A stretch of DNA of 63,313 nt, the filler included, from Basidioascus undulatus (taxonomy: Eukaryota): assembly GCA_000826855.1 (NCBI GenBank). It is 4 parts of 4 records of this genome, joined end to end, with 100 filler letters (N's around TTAATTAATTAA, not from the genome) between each part and the next. Parts side by side here need not be neighbours in the genome. Positions count along the whole stretch, not along the records: positions 15,916 to 31,684 come from JTLS01000625.1; positions 31,785 to 47,499 come from JTLS01000627.1; 2 more parts are not named here. One strand, given 5' to 3'. Position 1 is the stretch's first letter. Each line of letters begins with the position of its first letter. Shown piece by piece: positions 26,201 through 37,259 of this stretch. The notes beneath the pieces were generated by a model. The model searched no databases, was not told the origin of the DNA, and saw only the letters and a program-made list of their open reading frames with translations. Position numbers and translations under genes: made by a program.

Positions 26201-29200
26201 CGACGTCGGCGCCGTGTCGCCCGCCGTAGACCCCTCGCTCTCGCCCACTTCCTCCGCGATCGACCACGTCTTGCCGTTGCGCGAAGCGGACACGGGTGCG
26301 CACGCGGCGCGGAGGATCTCGAAGATTGATTCCCAGCCGCCGACGAACGCGTGCCCTGCGGACTCGAGGACCTTGAACAGCGTCTGGAGCGCCTTCTCGC
26401 GGATCTGCGCCTCTGCGCTCGTCCACTGCCGCGGGGCCAGCTCGCGGGGGGCGACCTGCTCGAGCAGCGCTTCGAGCACTCGCCGCTGCACGCGTGCTTG
26501 CAGCTCGGGCGCGCTCGTCGCGTTGCGCGGCGCGACGGCGAGGAGCTCGTTCAGGACGTCTGCGGCTTGTATACGGATCGCTTGCGGCCCGGAAACGTGG
26601 GCGATGACAGAGAGGAGATGTCGGGTGACGACGTTCCAGGCCTAACAGGTAAGCGAATGTCAGTCAGTCGTCTGCTCTTGTGCAGAAGATGAAATGCGCA
26701 GCACGCACAGCGTCTGGGTCGCGGTATATCAACCGGTGGAGGTTAAGCTGCGCGACGGTCCCGATCTTGCTGATCCCGAACGACGTCTCGCCAGAGCGCT
26801 GCATGTCCCAACCCACTCTCAGCCTCTTCCCTCTTCGCCCACACACTGCCACCTCATCCCCAACTCACCAGCGTCCGAATGACCGAGATCCCGCTCGCGC
26901 GTCTGCGATGCGGGGGCGGTGCCGCCACACCGGGGTCGGGGCTGACGGGCGTGCCCGCCCCCTCGTGCAACTCCTCCCCGTCCTCGGACATGCGCATGTC
27001 GACCATCTCCCCGCTGAGCCTGCACAGCGCGCCGACAAAGCTCCGGAACGCGGCGTCGTCGAGGCTCTTGCTCGCCTCGAACAGGCGCGCAATCCCCGCC
27101 TGGATCGCGTCGACGTCCAGGTCCGCGAGGAGCGCCGGTCGCCGGCGGGCTGCAGAGTCGGAGGACGACGTTGCCGCCGCTGCGGCTGCTGCGCTGGACG
27201 CCGCCGATGCGACGCGCTTGGCTGAGGTGTTGGAGGACGCGCCTGCGCCTGAGCTTGGGTTCGAGACGACGCGCCGCTGGGTGGACGCGGCGCGTGCGCG
27301 CGCGCGGAGGACAAAGTCTGCGTTTTGCAGCGCCTCGAGGACCTGGAACCACGAGGGGCCGAGGTTGCCCGCGAGGTGGTGCGCGACGGCGAGGAGGCAT
27401 CTCAGGCACGCGAGGTTTCGTTCCGAGAGGCCCGGCGGGCCCGCGCCGCTGCCGCTGCTGCCGGCAGCCATGGCAGCAAGACCGCCGAGGCTCTCGACGG
27501 AGAGCATGGCAGGCGAGCGCGGGGTCTGGGGCGGCGCGTCCGACCAACTCGCGATGGCCGCTACGACCCCCGAGGGGATGGCCGCGCGGCAGAGGGTGGC
27601 GAGGAATGCGTCGCGCGGGGTGGACAAGTCCAGGGCGCCGCAGACCTGCGCGAAGGACTGGAGCGCGTGCAGCGCAGAGGCAAAGAGCTCGTCGTCGAGG
27701 TTGGTGGAGAGGAAGAAGGAGAGGCCGGCGAGGAGCGCGGGCCAGCCGGCCGAGGCCATGGCGTGCACTGTGCGCGCGGGGTCGTCGGAAGGGAGGGAGG
27801 AGAGGTCAAGGGATGGAGAGGCCCGCACGACGGGCTCGCCTGCTGCACGCGGGCGCGCGGCGGCGGCGGAGGTGTAGAGCGGGAGGACGAGCGAGGCGAA
27901 ACCTTCGCAGAGGGAGGTGAGGCATTGGAGGGCGAGGAGGGCGGGGTAGGTCTCTGGGATGGAGGGCGCTTCCGCTTTGTCGCGCTGGTCGATGCACTGG
28001 AGTTTCATCGCGTTCCCGACGCTCAGTCCCGCCTCCTCAGCGCCCATCATCCCCGCGACGCCGCTCGCCGCGGCGCTCGCGACGCCGCCGACCATAGCGG
28101 CCATCTCGCCCATGTAGCTGAACGCGTGGTGGTCGGACGCGGAGGGGGACGCCGACGGCGGGGACACGCCGACGCCGTGCATCTGCGTGCCGACGCCCAG
28201 TAGCGACGCCTTTTCCGTCGCGATCCGGTTGAGGGCCGCGACCAGGGAGGCGAAGACATCCGAGGCGGAGGGGGAGGCGTCGTACGAGGTGTAGACTGTG
28301 CGCATCAGGACGGCGTCCGAGCAGAGCCTATCGCACCACCACCACACAGTCAGCATTGCACATTCCCACTAAAACTTTGAGGGTGTAAACGCACCCTCGC
28401 GAAATCTCCATCGCCAGCACGCGCACCCACCCGGGCAGGTGCCGCCCGCCCTCGTCCGCGGACTCGCCGTTGATGAAGCGCACGATGAGCTGCCAGAACA
28501 CCTCGCCCTCGGCCATGAGCTCAGCGGAGAACTGCTTGAGGAGGAGGAAGACGACGCGCGTGAGGCGCAGCGTCGTCGGGAACGCGGGCGGCTCGGCGAG
28601 CGCGCGGAGCAGGAGCGGGCAGAGGTTCGCCTGCAGGAGGTTGAGGAGGTGGGGGTGCTGCTCAGGTAAAATTGAGTCAATCTCATCAGCCTCGAAGCAA
28701 AGTTGAAAGTGGGGTAGAGGAGACGCACCCTCCGGAACAGGACGTAGTGGTTTGTCAACGCGGACTCGATCAGCTCGAGGTCGAACGTCCGCTGGAGGGC
28801 GGTGAGCTTGAGGAAAGTCGGGGGCTGCACGGCCGGGGGGGAGACACACAGCGCGCACAGGTCCTGGAAGAGGAGGTGCGCGTCACGCGCGGCGGGGCCA
28901 ACGGCGAAGGACGACCCGTCCGGCAGGTCGATAAAGGTTGACGGTTGGGCGTTGGACGAGTCTGATGTACGCGACTGACTTAGTGCGTCATTCACGGGGG
29001 GAAGGTGAAAGGTGGAAGTGGCAGGGTCACCTTCCCCTGCTTCGTGTGCCCGATCCGAACGCTTGTCTTCCTCTGACACGCGGTCGAAGACATTCAGCAC
29101 AAGCTGCATGAGCGTCGCGCTCGCTGTGCTCGAGACAACTGCGATCTTGGACTCTTGCAGGCGGAAGCAGAGGAGGAGGCACTGTCAATAATGCACAGTC

Positions 29201-29899
29201 AGCAGGGTGGCTCTGACGCATGGCGGGCCAGAAGGGGAAAGAAGCACCTCCGCCAGCTCGTCCCCGTGTATGGCAGGGACGTTGGAGACGAGGGAGAGGA
29301 GCGTCTGCGGGATTGGATTGTATCAGCTTCCACGGGAAAGGACTGGGAGAGTAAAATGGCACCTGTAGGATCTTGAGCTGGATCTCCACCCCCTGCGCGA
29401 GCACCTCGCGCATGATGCTGATCACCTCCGGTATTGCGCCCTGCCCATCCGGGCCCTCTTCAGCATGCCCCATCCACAGGATACCAGGGGAGATAGGACG
29501 CACCTCAGGAACCGCCCGGAGCATGACCAGACGCTGCAGGGAGCCCAAGCCGAGGGCAATGACTTTGGCAGTCTTGGTATGGCACGCGAGGAAGACGGGC
29601 TGGAGGAGGTCGTGCGCTGTTTTCCCATCTACAATGTTTTCCTCCAAGTCGTCAGTTTAACCGCGGGCCCTTCCTACCGTGTAGGTATATGCGCACCGAG
29701 AGACCCCACAGACGGGTTGGTGCGCAGCACAGTGAGCGCCTGGTCCACCGCCTGCACGCAGAGCGGAGGTCAGCTGCAGAAGCAGGGAGGGAGCTCGAGG
29801 GGCTGGATGGAGACGCACCTCGCGCACTTCGGGGTGCTTGCGCTTCGTCTCCGCCGCGAGGGAGGTGTACTCGGCCGTGAGGAAGCTCAGGCTGGACAT
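23260..29899 (-). CDS. MON2: MON2 (Arf-GEF-like endosome/Golgi trafficking scaffold), multi-exon
   Basis: SLAAETKRKHPEVRE, VEIQLKILQ, KLQCIDQRDKAEAPSIPETY, TPRDAFLATLCRAAIP, LSERNLACLR, DPRPEVRNGAIQTLFR, MKLKYDVP, RERFAYWCFDLLF. Confidence 0.93.
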
Positions 29900-30221
29900 G
29901 GTCGTGGTCGCTAGCCAAGCGGTGGTCTGGCGGGCCGGAGCTGCGGAGCGGAAGGAAGGGGATGGACGCGGCGGGGCTGTGCACCCAGAAAGAGGGACCG
30001 GACTGTTCGATTGTAGTGAGCTGTTTGACTGCGCAGCGATGTGGTTTGGTAGGAGAGTGAAGGCGTAGGATGCGGTGGGAGTCGATAAGATGGATAGGGA
30101 CGGACAGGCACCGGCAGCGTGTCGCGCTCCCAGTCGCGACCAAGTGACACGTGCTTCTTCACTTCGTTTCTGTTGAAACTGCCTACCAAGTTTCTCTCGA
30201 AGTCACCAAATACTTTCTCTT

Positions 30222-30437
30222 TTATCTGTTATGTTTCTTTATAAAAATTATCTCGTCCTCGATATACTGAATGCAGAAGTCGTAGACGACGTGGTGCTCG
30301 AATGGCAGGTGGATGACGGACGGAAGCGCGTCCGGGTGGTTGTCCTTCTTCTCGAGCGCAGCGCGCCAGCTCGGGAAGTACACCGCAAAGTTCATGTCCC
30401 ACAGTAGGAGCTCGTCGCCCACGACGATCTCCCCCAT
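30222..30437 (-). CDS. Orphan 71-aa ORF or gene fragment between MON2 and the RSC7-like gene
   Basis: GC-rich third positions as in real exons here, until the last ~9 AT-rich codons. No family recognised. Confidence 0.3.
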   Translation of the reverse strand: MGEIVVGDELLLWDMNFAVYFPSWRAALEKKDNHPDALPSVIHLPFEHHVVYDFCIQYIEDEIIFIKKHNR

Positions 30438-30695
30438 GTCGAGCTCGCGGGGCGGGAGGGGCTTGTCCCCCCGAAACTATACGCTGCCTCCCTATCGGCC
30501 TTACCGAATTCAAGCTGACCGCAATCCCACCCTGCTCCGCGCCGTCAATCAACCTTTGTGCACACCGCGTCGCCCATCCGCCGTCCCGCCGTCCAAACGC
30601 GTCCTCCTCGCGTCTTCCCTTTCCCAACCCATCCGCCTTCCTTCTCTTTCGACCCTCTGCCTGCCTGCCTTTCTCTTCACTTCCCACCCCCAGCA

Positions 30696-31684
30696 ATGTC
30701 CCAGCCCTCGACGCCTGGCCCCGAGCGCGAGAGCCGCGGCGGCCAGCAGAAGGCCGTGTCGTACGTGACCAAACGTGCGTGTCCTGTCCCTCCGCGCTGC
30801 GGTTTCTTTCCGGACTGACTGGGGATGGGTGTCTGGCTGGCTGGCCTGGCTGGCTGTGGTGGATAGCGGGATGTCAGTTGGAGGAGGACGAGAAGGGGAA
30901 CACCAAGGTGGACGAGAACGGGAAATTGCTGGGCGGTGCGTCCCCGTCGTTCTCCTACCCGCTCTCCCTCCCTCCTCTAACTTCTGCCCACGCTGCCAAT
31001 ATTCCAGGACGGGAATACAAAGGCCACGCCTTCACCTCCCACAAGCGCGCGAACCCGAACCAGCTCTGGTACACCCCTTCCCCGATTCTCACTCCCCCAC
31101 CTCCCCACCTGCTCACACGCCGCGCATCCCAGGCTATGGGCAACCCACGCGGCGCAGTACGTCGGGATCCGGGACGCGTTCTTCCTTTTTGCGCGCAACC
31201 CCGTGCTCAAGAAGGTGTACATGACCGCGGTGCGTTGCTCTTCTGCGCGCGTGGGGAGGGGAAAGAGGGCTCATCGGGGAGTGTTTGGGCAAGCAGGAGG
31301 AGAAGCAATACCTCGTTGATCAGGGCCATTTGGACTCGAAAGTCGCGAGTCGGGCGATGTCGATGGTGCGTTCCTCTGCTATCTTCTCGTTTGAACTGCG
31401 CTGACGCGTGAGGACGTGCAGGTTTCCGCGAGGTTCGCTTCTCCCACTTACTCCCCACCCGATCGGTCACCGACTGAACTCTTCGCTCGCACAGGGACGT
31501 ATTCAAGCTGTACGTCACGCCCCTCGCTCTTCCTAGGACAGCCGCTCACTCTTTCTCCTCAGGTGGGGCGCCCTAGTAGTCAAAGAAGGGCGGCACGTAG
31601 TGGACGACTGTGCGTCCCTCTCCCCTCCGCTCCCCACCATCCAGATCTCCCCCCCCCCCCCCCCCCCCACTCACAGATTACGAA
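30696..31684 (+). CDS. Rsc7/Swp82 (Npl6)-family chromatin-remodelling subunit, 3' truncated
   Basis: EDEKGNTKVDENGKLLGGREYKGHAFT, YVGIRDAFFLFARNP, EKQYLVDQG, GALVVKEGRHVVDDY. Confidence 0.85.
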
Positions 31685-31784
31685 NNNNNNNNNNNNNNNN
31701 NNNNNNNNNNNNNNNNNNNNNNNNNNNNTTAATTAATTAANNNNNNNNNNNNNNNNNNNNNNNNNNNNNNNNNNNNNNNNNNNN
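31685..31784. other. Artificial contig linker
   Basis: N44-TTAATTAATTAA-N44. Confidence 0.98.
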
Positions 31785-33855
31785 GGCGAGGTGAGTCCCC
31801 CCCCCCGCCCGCCCCAATACCACGCCTTACGCTGGATGGTGCTGACGAGATATCCGGCGCCTCCAGCCCAACCATGAGTGGTGTGACGCTTGCGGCGGTG
31901 AAGGCCGCGTCGTGATGTGTGACGGATGCCCGAACTCGTTCCATCCTGCCTGTCTCGAACCGCCGCTCGACGTCGGCGAGCTATCCGACGAGGCCTGGTT
32001 CTGTCGGACGTGCCAGAACGAGCGGGTTCGTTTGCGTCTCGTCGATGAAGCCTCTGGTGGCGGCTGACAAGGGCCCCGCGCAATTCAGAATCCACCACCG
32101 AGGCCCGGCAAGGGCATGTTCGACGGGCTGCTGCACCATGTCCAGGTCGAGAACCCGAAGAGCTTCCGGTTGCCAGAGGAAATTCGCACTTTCTTCCAAG
32201 GAGGTCCGTCCGTGGTCTCTTCGTAGGGCGTAGAGCGCACCGGAGCTGACGTGTTTTGTGCGTAGTGGAAACGGCGCCCAACGGTTCGTACCTCGCGTCT
32301 ATCGACACGAAGCCACCCAAGTTCGAGTGCGTCTTACCTCGCATTCTGCCCAGTCCTCTTGAACTCACGCGAGCTAGCCCCACAGCCGTTCCGGCATCGT
32401 CATCGAGCGCGATCCATACCCTCTGCGCGACCGCCACGGCGCGTCCGTCCACTGCTACCGCTGTGGCGGGTCGGCTGCACCTCCGACCGCCGCTCGGGGC
32501 GAGGTTCCGCGGCGCGCTTCCGTCGCGGCCACGACTGCGATGGGGACGACTGGGTGGAGGAAGATGGCGTCGTGCGACTATTGCTCGCTGCACTGGCATC
32601 TCGACTGCGTGACGCCGCCTCTCAGCCAGGTGCCGCCGAACACGCGCAAGTGGATGTGCCCGAACCACGCGGAGCACGCGATGGTGCGTTCCTATTTCAC
32701 TGCATCCTGCCCTAAGCACGTGCTCAACTGCTCGCGTTGCAGCGCAAGCCCCGTATTCCGCGCACCAAGACGACGACGATCGAGGTCAAGGACCGCGGTC
32801 GACGCAACAACGGCCTCGTGGACGTCGTCTCGGAGGACAAGGCGGAGATCGACCTGAACGACATTCCGCTCGAGGAGATCGTCATGGACAGCCGGCGGTT
32901 CCGCGTGCCGGAGAAGGTCATCATGTTGGACTTTTGGGACAAGCTGGCACAGCGACGGCCGAGCGAACGGTGCGTTGGGATCTGACTCTCGTGTTGCACC
33001 TGGGCGCTAATTTCGCATCTCGCTCGCAGACCGCGTCTTCCGCCGCCCAGCGCCGCCCCCCAAGCACCTCTCTTCGATGATGCACTCGCCATTGCGGCCA
33101 TCGACGGTCTACTCAACCTTCGTAGCCTCGCCCCGCAATTGGCTCTCCCTCCCGACGTCGCTATGGCCTCTGTGCCCCAATCCTCCCCGTCTCCTTCGGT
33201 GAGCCACCCAAGGTCTTTCATCCTATCTACGCTGCTGACGTAGAGACGTTCAGGATACCCAGTTCCCTCCGCCCGCACCGCCGGACGATGCCAGCTTGTG
33301 CAAGCTGGACCATCGCACGCTCGAGCCTGTCGGTCCTGTTCACTGGCCCGAGGGGATCGTCGGTTTAGAAACTGATACTTTTTGCCACAGATCCCGATTG
33401 TCCAGGAGCATTCCTCGCTCAAGATTCGACTGCACACCTCGTCCGCTGCGAAAGACGCGGCGCGTCGCATGTCGACGTCTCCCACGAAACCGTCCGACCC
33501 TCTGTCTTCCGCTCCACCGCTGCCCCTCTCTACCCTACCCACACGGACCCTTCCTCTTCGCCGCAGTCGCAGCGCACGCCTGAGCGCCTCGCCGTTCGAG
33601 GAGCCGCCTGCGCCCGCCGCGCCCGCCGCGCCGCCTCCAGGCTCGCCTGTTGGCTCCAGCGGCAGCTCGCCCCTCAGCAGCGCTCCGTCTCTAGACTCCC
33701 CAGAAGCCACGACGCTCCCCCTCCCTGCTCTGCCTAACGGCTCAGCACCGCCAGCGGCCAACCTCTCGCCGGAGGAGATCCAGCAGTTGCGCGCCGTCCG
33801 CGAGTTGATACGGGCAAAGGGAGAGCAGGCGCTGTTGGACTTCCTGCGTTCGTGA
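31785..33855 (+). CDS. Double PHD-finger protein, Rco1/Cph1-like, 5' truncated
   Basis: NHEWCDACGGEGRVVMCDGCPNSFHPACLEPP..WFC; NPKSFRLPEEIRTFFQGV; CDYCSLHWHLDCVTPPL..KWMCPNHA; RFRVPEKVIMLDF. Confidence 0.88.
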
Positions 33856-34148
33856 GGGTGCAACGTGGCGGACATTTACAGTTTTTGCCGTCTGTACTGT
33901 ACCGCCCTGCCCTGCCTCTTTATTGCCTGCAGGATATCTGCGTTTCACGTTTGCCCTGTTCTGCTCAAAGTGCCGCGCGTAGAGAGAGACCGACGGGCTG
34001 AGATGGCACAGTTGACCTGCCACCTCGCTGTCTTATGAATTGGTGAAGATCGTTACATCCCCTGAATGCGACGTAACAAGTGCTCCCGCCCGCTGGAGCG
34101 AAAATGGAAACAAGTCTCAACTGTCGCTCGAAGTCCTTAGCAATCTGC

Positions 34149-36893
34149 CTACTTCTTCCAGGCCCCATCTTGAACCTCCTTGACCAACCCGAGCAACCTT
34201 CCCCCCGCCACTTTGAAATCCTCTATCCCGACCCAGACCTGGGCGCTCACCCGGATCCAAAGCTTCCCGGCGTGCAGAAAGACAGGCGTGAAGAAGTCGG
34301 ACTCCAACATGCGTCGCTCAACGTACGCCTTCTGCGCGAGCATGGTCGACTCGTCTGCGGGAGCGAGCGGAAGACGGATGTTGACCTGTACGAAAGGAAA
34401 CCGAATTCCGCCATGTTCAGATGTGTTCTGGACAAAGCTTGTGAAAGGAACAGACCATGTTCGCGGTCAGCTCGCCAGCGTCGTTGTCCATGACGTCGGT
34501 ATCGAGGATCTGGGCAAGCAGCGAGCCGCCCTCGACGGCGAGGTTGTGGCAGTACTCAGTGATGCGTTCCTCGCCGCCCAGCTTCGCTCGGAAGTCGAGA
34601 GCTGGACAATGCAGCGCGCACGTTTGTCAGCGAGAGATGGACTTCGGGCGACCAGTGACTACGCACCAGCACCGATCGACAGAGCAGGCGACCAGTCCAT
34701 CGTGCCCGTCCAGGAATGGTTCAGCACGAAGTAGTCGTCCGGCAACTGTGTACCAGCAGGAGGAGGGAACCGCGACGAAATGTAGGTGTGATTCGTCGGT
34801 ATGCTCGAGCGGATGACGTGCTGGTTGCTGAAAGAAGGGTCTTGGTGTTTAGCGCTGCGGCTGAAAAACGGAACGTCGAACTTGCAACGGCCTCACCGCT
34901 TAGGGACTTGAAGCACCGCGACGCCGCGATGAGCGAGAAGCCACTTGTGGCAGTTCTGTCGTCGGAGTTCTCGCGTCAGTTTAAAATGAAGCTGCAATGT
35001 CAAGAATGCTTGATAGTGCACGTACGGAAATCCAAAAGTCGGGGTTGTCCCGCGCCAAATTGACTGGCTGCTGCCCAATCTCGTGCGCAGCGTCGACGAG
35101 GCTGAGGCACTCGTACTTGCGGCAGATCTCCACCATTTGTGGCCACGGGAAACGCACGCCGGGGTTGGATGCGATCTGCCGTTACATTCCTGTTCAATCA
35201 GCCACTCTGAATCCTGCTTGAGCTGCTGATACGGCCGCACGGCATCAATCATCGCGATCCTAGGGCGCTTCGACGCCTTGAGCGCGGCTTCGAAAGCCTC
35301 GAGAATCGAGACATGCGTGCAGGGGAAGGTGAGCGGAATGATGGTCAGCTTGACCTCCGGGTTCCGGTCTGCGATGTACTTGAGTGTCTGCCAACAGCTG
35401 CACAGAGATAGATGGCAGCATCAGCGGAATAATCAGGATGCGTTCGTGACCGCTCAGAGACGCACGCGTTGTAGGAAGTGGAGAACCCAAACAGCTCGTC
35501 GCCTTCCTCGTAGACTAGATTGCGGAGGACCTCGTTCACGCCTTGCGTCGCGTTCTGACGCGATCTCTCATGGATAAGTCATCCGCGTACGGCAGGTATT
35601 GGCTTTGAACGCTTACCGGCACGATGACCAGCTCGTTCATGTCACACTTGACGAGCTCTGCTAGGCGGCGGCGGATGTCGACAAGCAGGGGCATGTACGT
35701 GGACCGGAGGAAGCGATCCGGGTTCGCCTCAACCTGATCTTGCAGCGCGCGGAAGGCGGCCATCACCGCGCGAGGACATGATCCGTAGGAGCCTGCGGCG
35801 CGGAGGTCAGCCGAGCACCGAAAGCGGAGCAAGTTGGAAGCTCGAACTCGTACCGTGGTTGAGGTTAACTGTTCCGCAACTTCCAGTCAACGAAAGATAC
35901 GAGAAAATGCTGCGCAACTCACTGTAATCCGGGTCAAAGAAGAACTCCGACCTCAAGCTCCTGCCCAGCTTCGGCCAACCCTCCGCATGCTTTTCCACGA
36001 CCGGCACGCCGTGCTCGATCTTGCCTGCAAAACATCCCTCCTTAAGACCAATCAGCTATCCAGGAAAACACTGCGTTCCTTTTTTCACATCATGCAGGGC
36101 CGTACCGTTCATCGCGCGCCTTCGGTCAACCTCGCCGTATTCCTCCTGTCCGTCAGTCCAGCGGTGGAGCTTCTCGCGCACGAAGTCGGTGTAGCTCCAC
36201 AGGCTAGGCTCGAGACGCTCGATGCCGGCCGTCCAGATGTAGATGTTCGCTTTCGCGTTGGAGAGGGAGGCGAGGTGGAGCGAAGAGAGGGGTGTGACAG
36301 GGCATGGGGACCAGCTCGAAGAGGCCGGGACAGGAGGGTTGAGGAGCGTGACGTCGACGACGGTGCGGACGTACTCTGCAAGCCCACAGTCAGGTCAGCT
36401 CTGCGTCTGCTGAACGTCGTCCGAGTAAACTGGACTCACCGTCTCCTTCAAAGATGTCGAGCAACCTCAACTCCTCCTTGTTCAATCCCGTCACCAGCGC
36501 GCCCTTGACCGAGCTCTCTTCGGCGTCAAGCTCACGTCCGAGCAACCGAGCGCCGTCCGCTTTGGACACCACGGCCGGATAGTCGGCATCCCGAACGTGA
36601 TGCCTACTGTGATCGAGCAGGATCGCGTCCTGCACCTTCAGGTGCGAGAGCGAAGAGGGGCCAATGACACGGGCCTGCCAGCGAGATGGAGACGCATGTG
36701 AATGAAAGCCAGGATAATAAACGTCAGTGGAAGAAGAGGTGTACGAGGATGGCAGGTACGACGAGCGTGCCGTACTGCCAGCGAGCGATAAGGGATGGAG
36801 AGACGACGTCAGCGAGCCGCCCCGAGAACAAGGGATTTCGGTGGTATGCAAGCTCACGAAGAAGGCAGTCTCTTCGGCGAACATAGTGTGCAT
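34149..36893 (-). CDS. Fusion of N-terminal AIG2-like/gamma-glutamylcyclotransferase domain and C-terminal class-V PLP enzyme (Egt2-like C-S lyase)
   Basis: GGCT part: AFFYGTL, DYPAVV, VKGALVTGL..LLDIFEGDEY, NIYIW, WSYTDFVREKL. Intron 36105-36025 joins MNG|KIEHG in frame to LNHGSYGSCP, NATQGVN, DAAHEIGQ, PDFWISNCHKWL (PLP Lys, ~34941-34955), WTGTMDW, GGEERITEYCH, WIRVSAQVW. Both domains are confident; the joint is inferred from splice signals. Confidence 0.85.
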
Positions 36894-37259
36894 TTATGAT
36901 GGTCTATGGAGATGCGTGGGTATATCGAGACGTGAGGACAGAGGTCAACAGGTGAAGCCAAACCGAAGCGAGCAGCGAGACGTCGGCTAGATGCGGCTAA
37001 CACGCCAGGGCACCGCGTCCCGTGCGGCCAGCGGCCACGATATGAGTCACGACAACTGAGGAGGTTGCTTGAACGGAAATTTAAGATGAATAGGGTGGCT
37101 TTCTGAACTGAACATGCGCTCGCAACAAGTCTTCGATTGTCCGTCAAGCATGCAAACACGACATAAGCATGGGTGAACAGGGCACCGGACCCGAAGGCCT
37201 GGCCATCCATGCAGCAAGAGGTGGGCAGTACAACGCGAAGCTCAGAGCAAGCGATACGC

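Noticed and set aside
26819..28203. Long overlapping ORFs (242-332 aa) within MON2
   Set aside because: Antisense or alternate-frame shadows of a GC-rich exon, with low-complexity Arg/Ala/Gly translations.
31649..31668. Poly-C run as a functional G-quadruplex element
   Set aside because: An intronic pyrimidine tract next to a contig end; such tracts are common in these introns and the run length is unreliable.
32724..33875. 383-aa minus-strand ORF
   Set aside because: Antisense to the PHD-finger gene; no motif and no independent coding signal.
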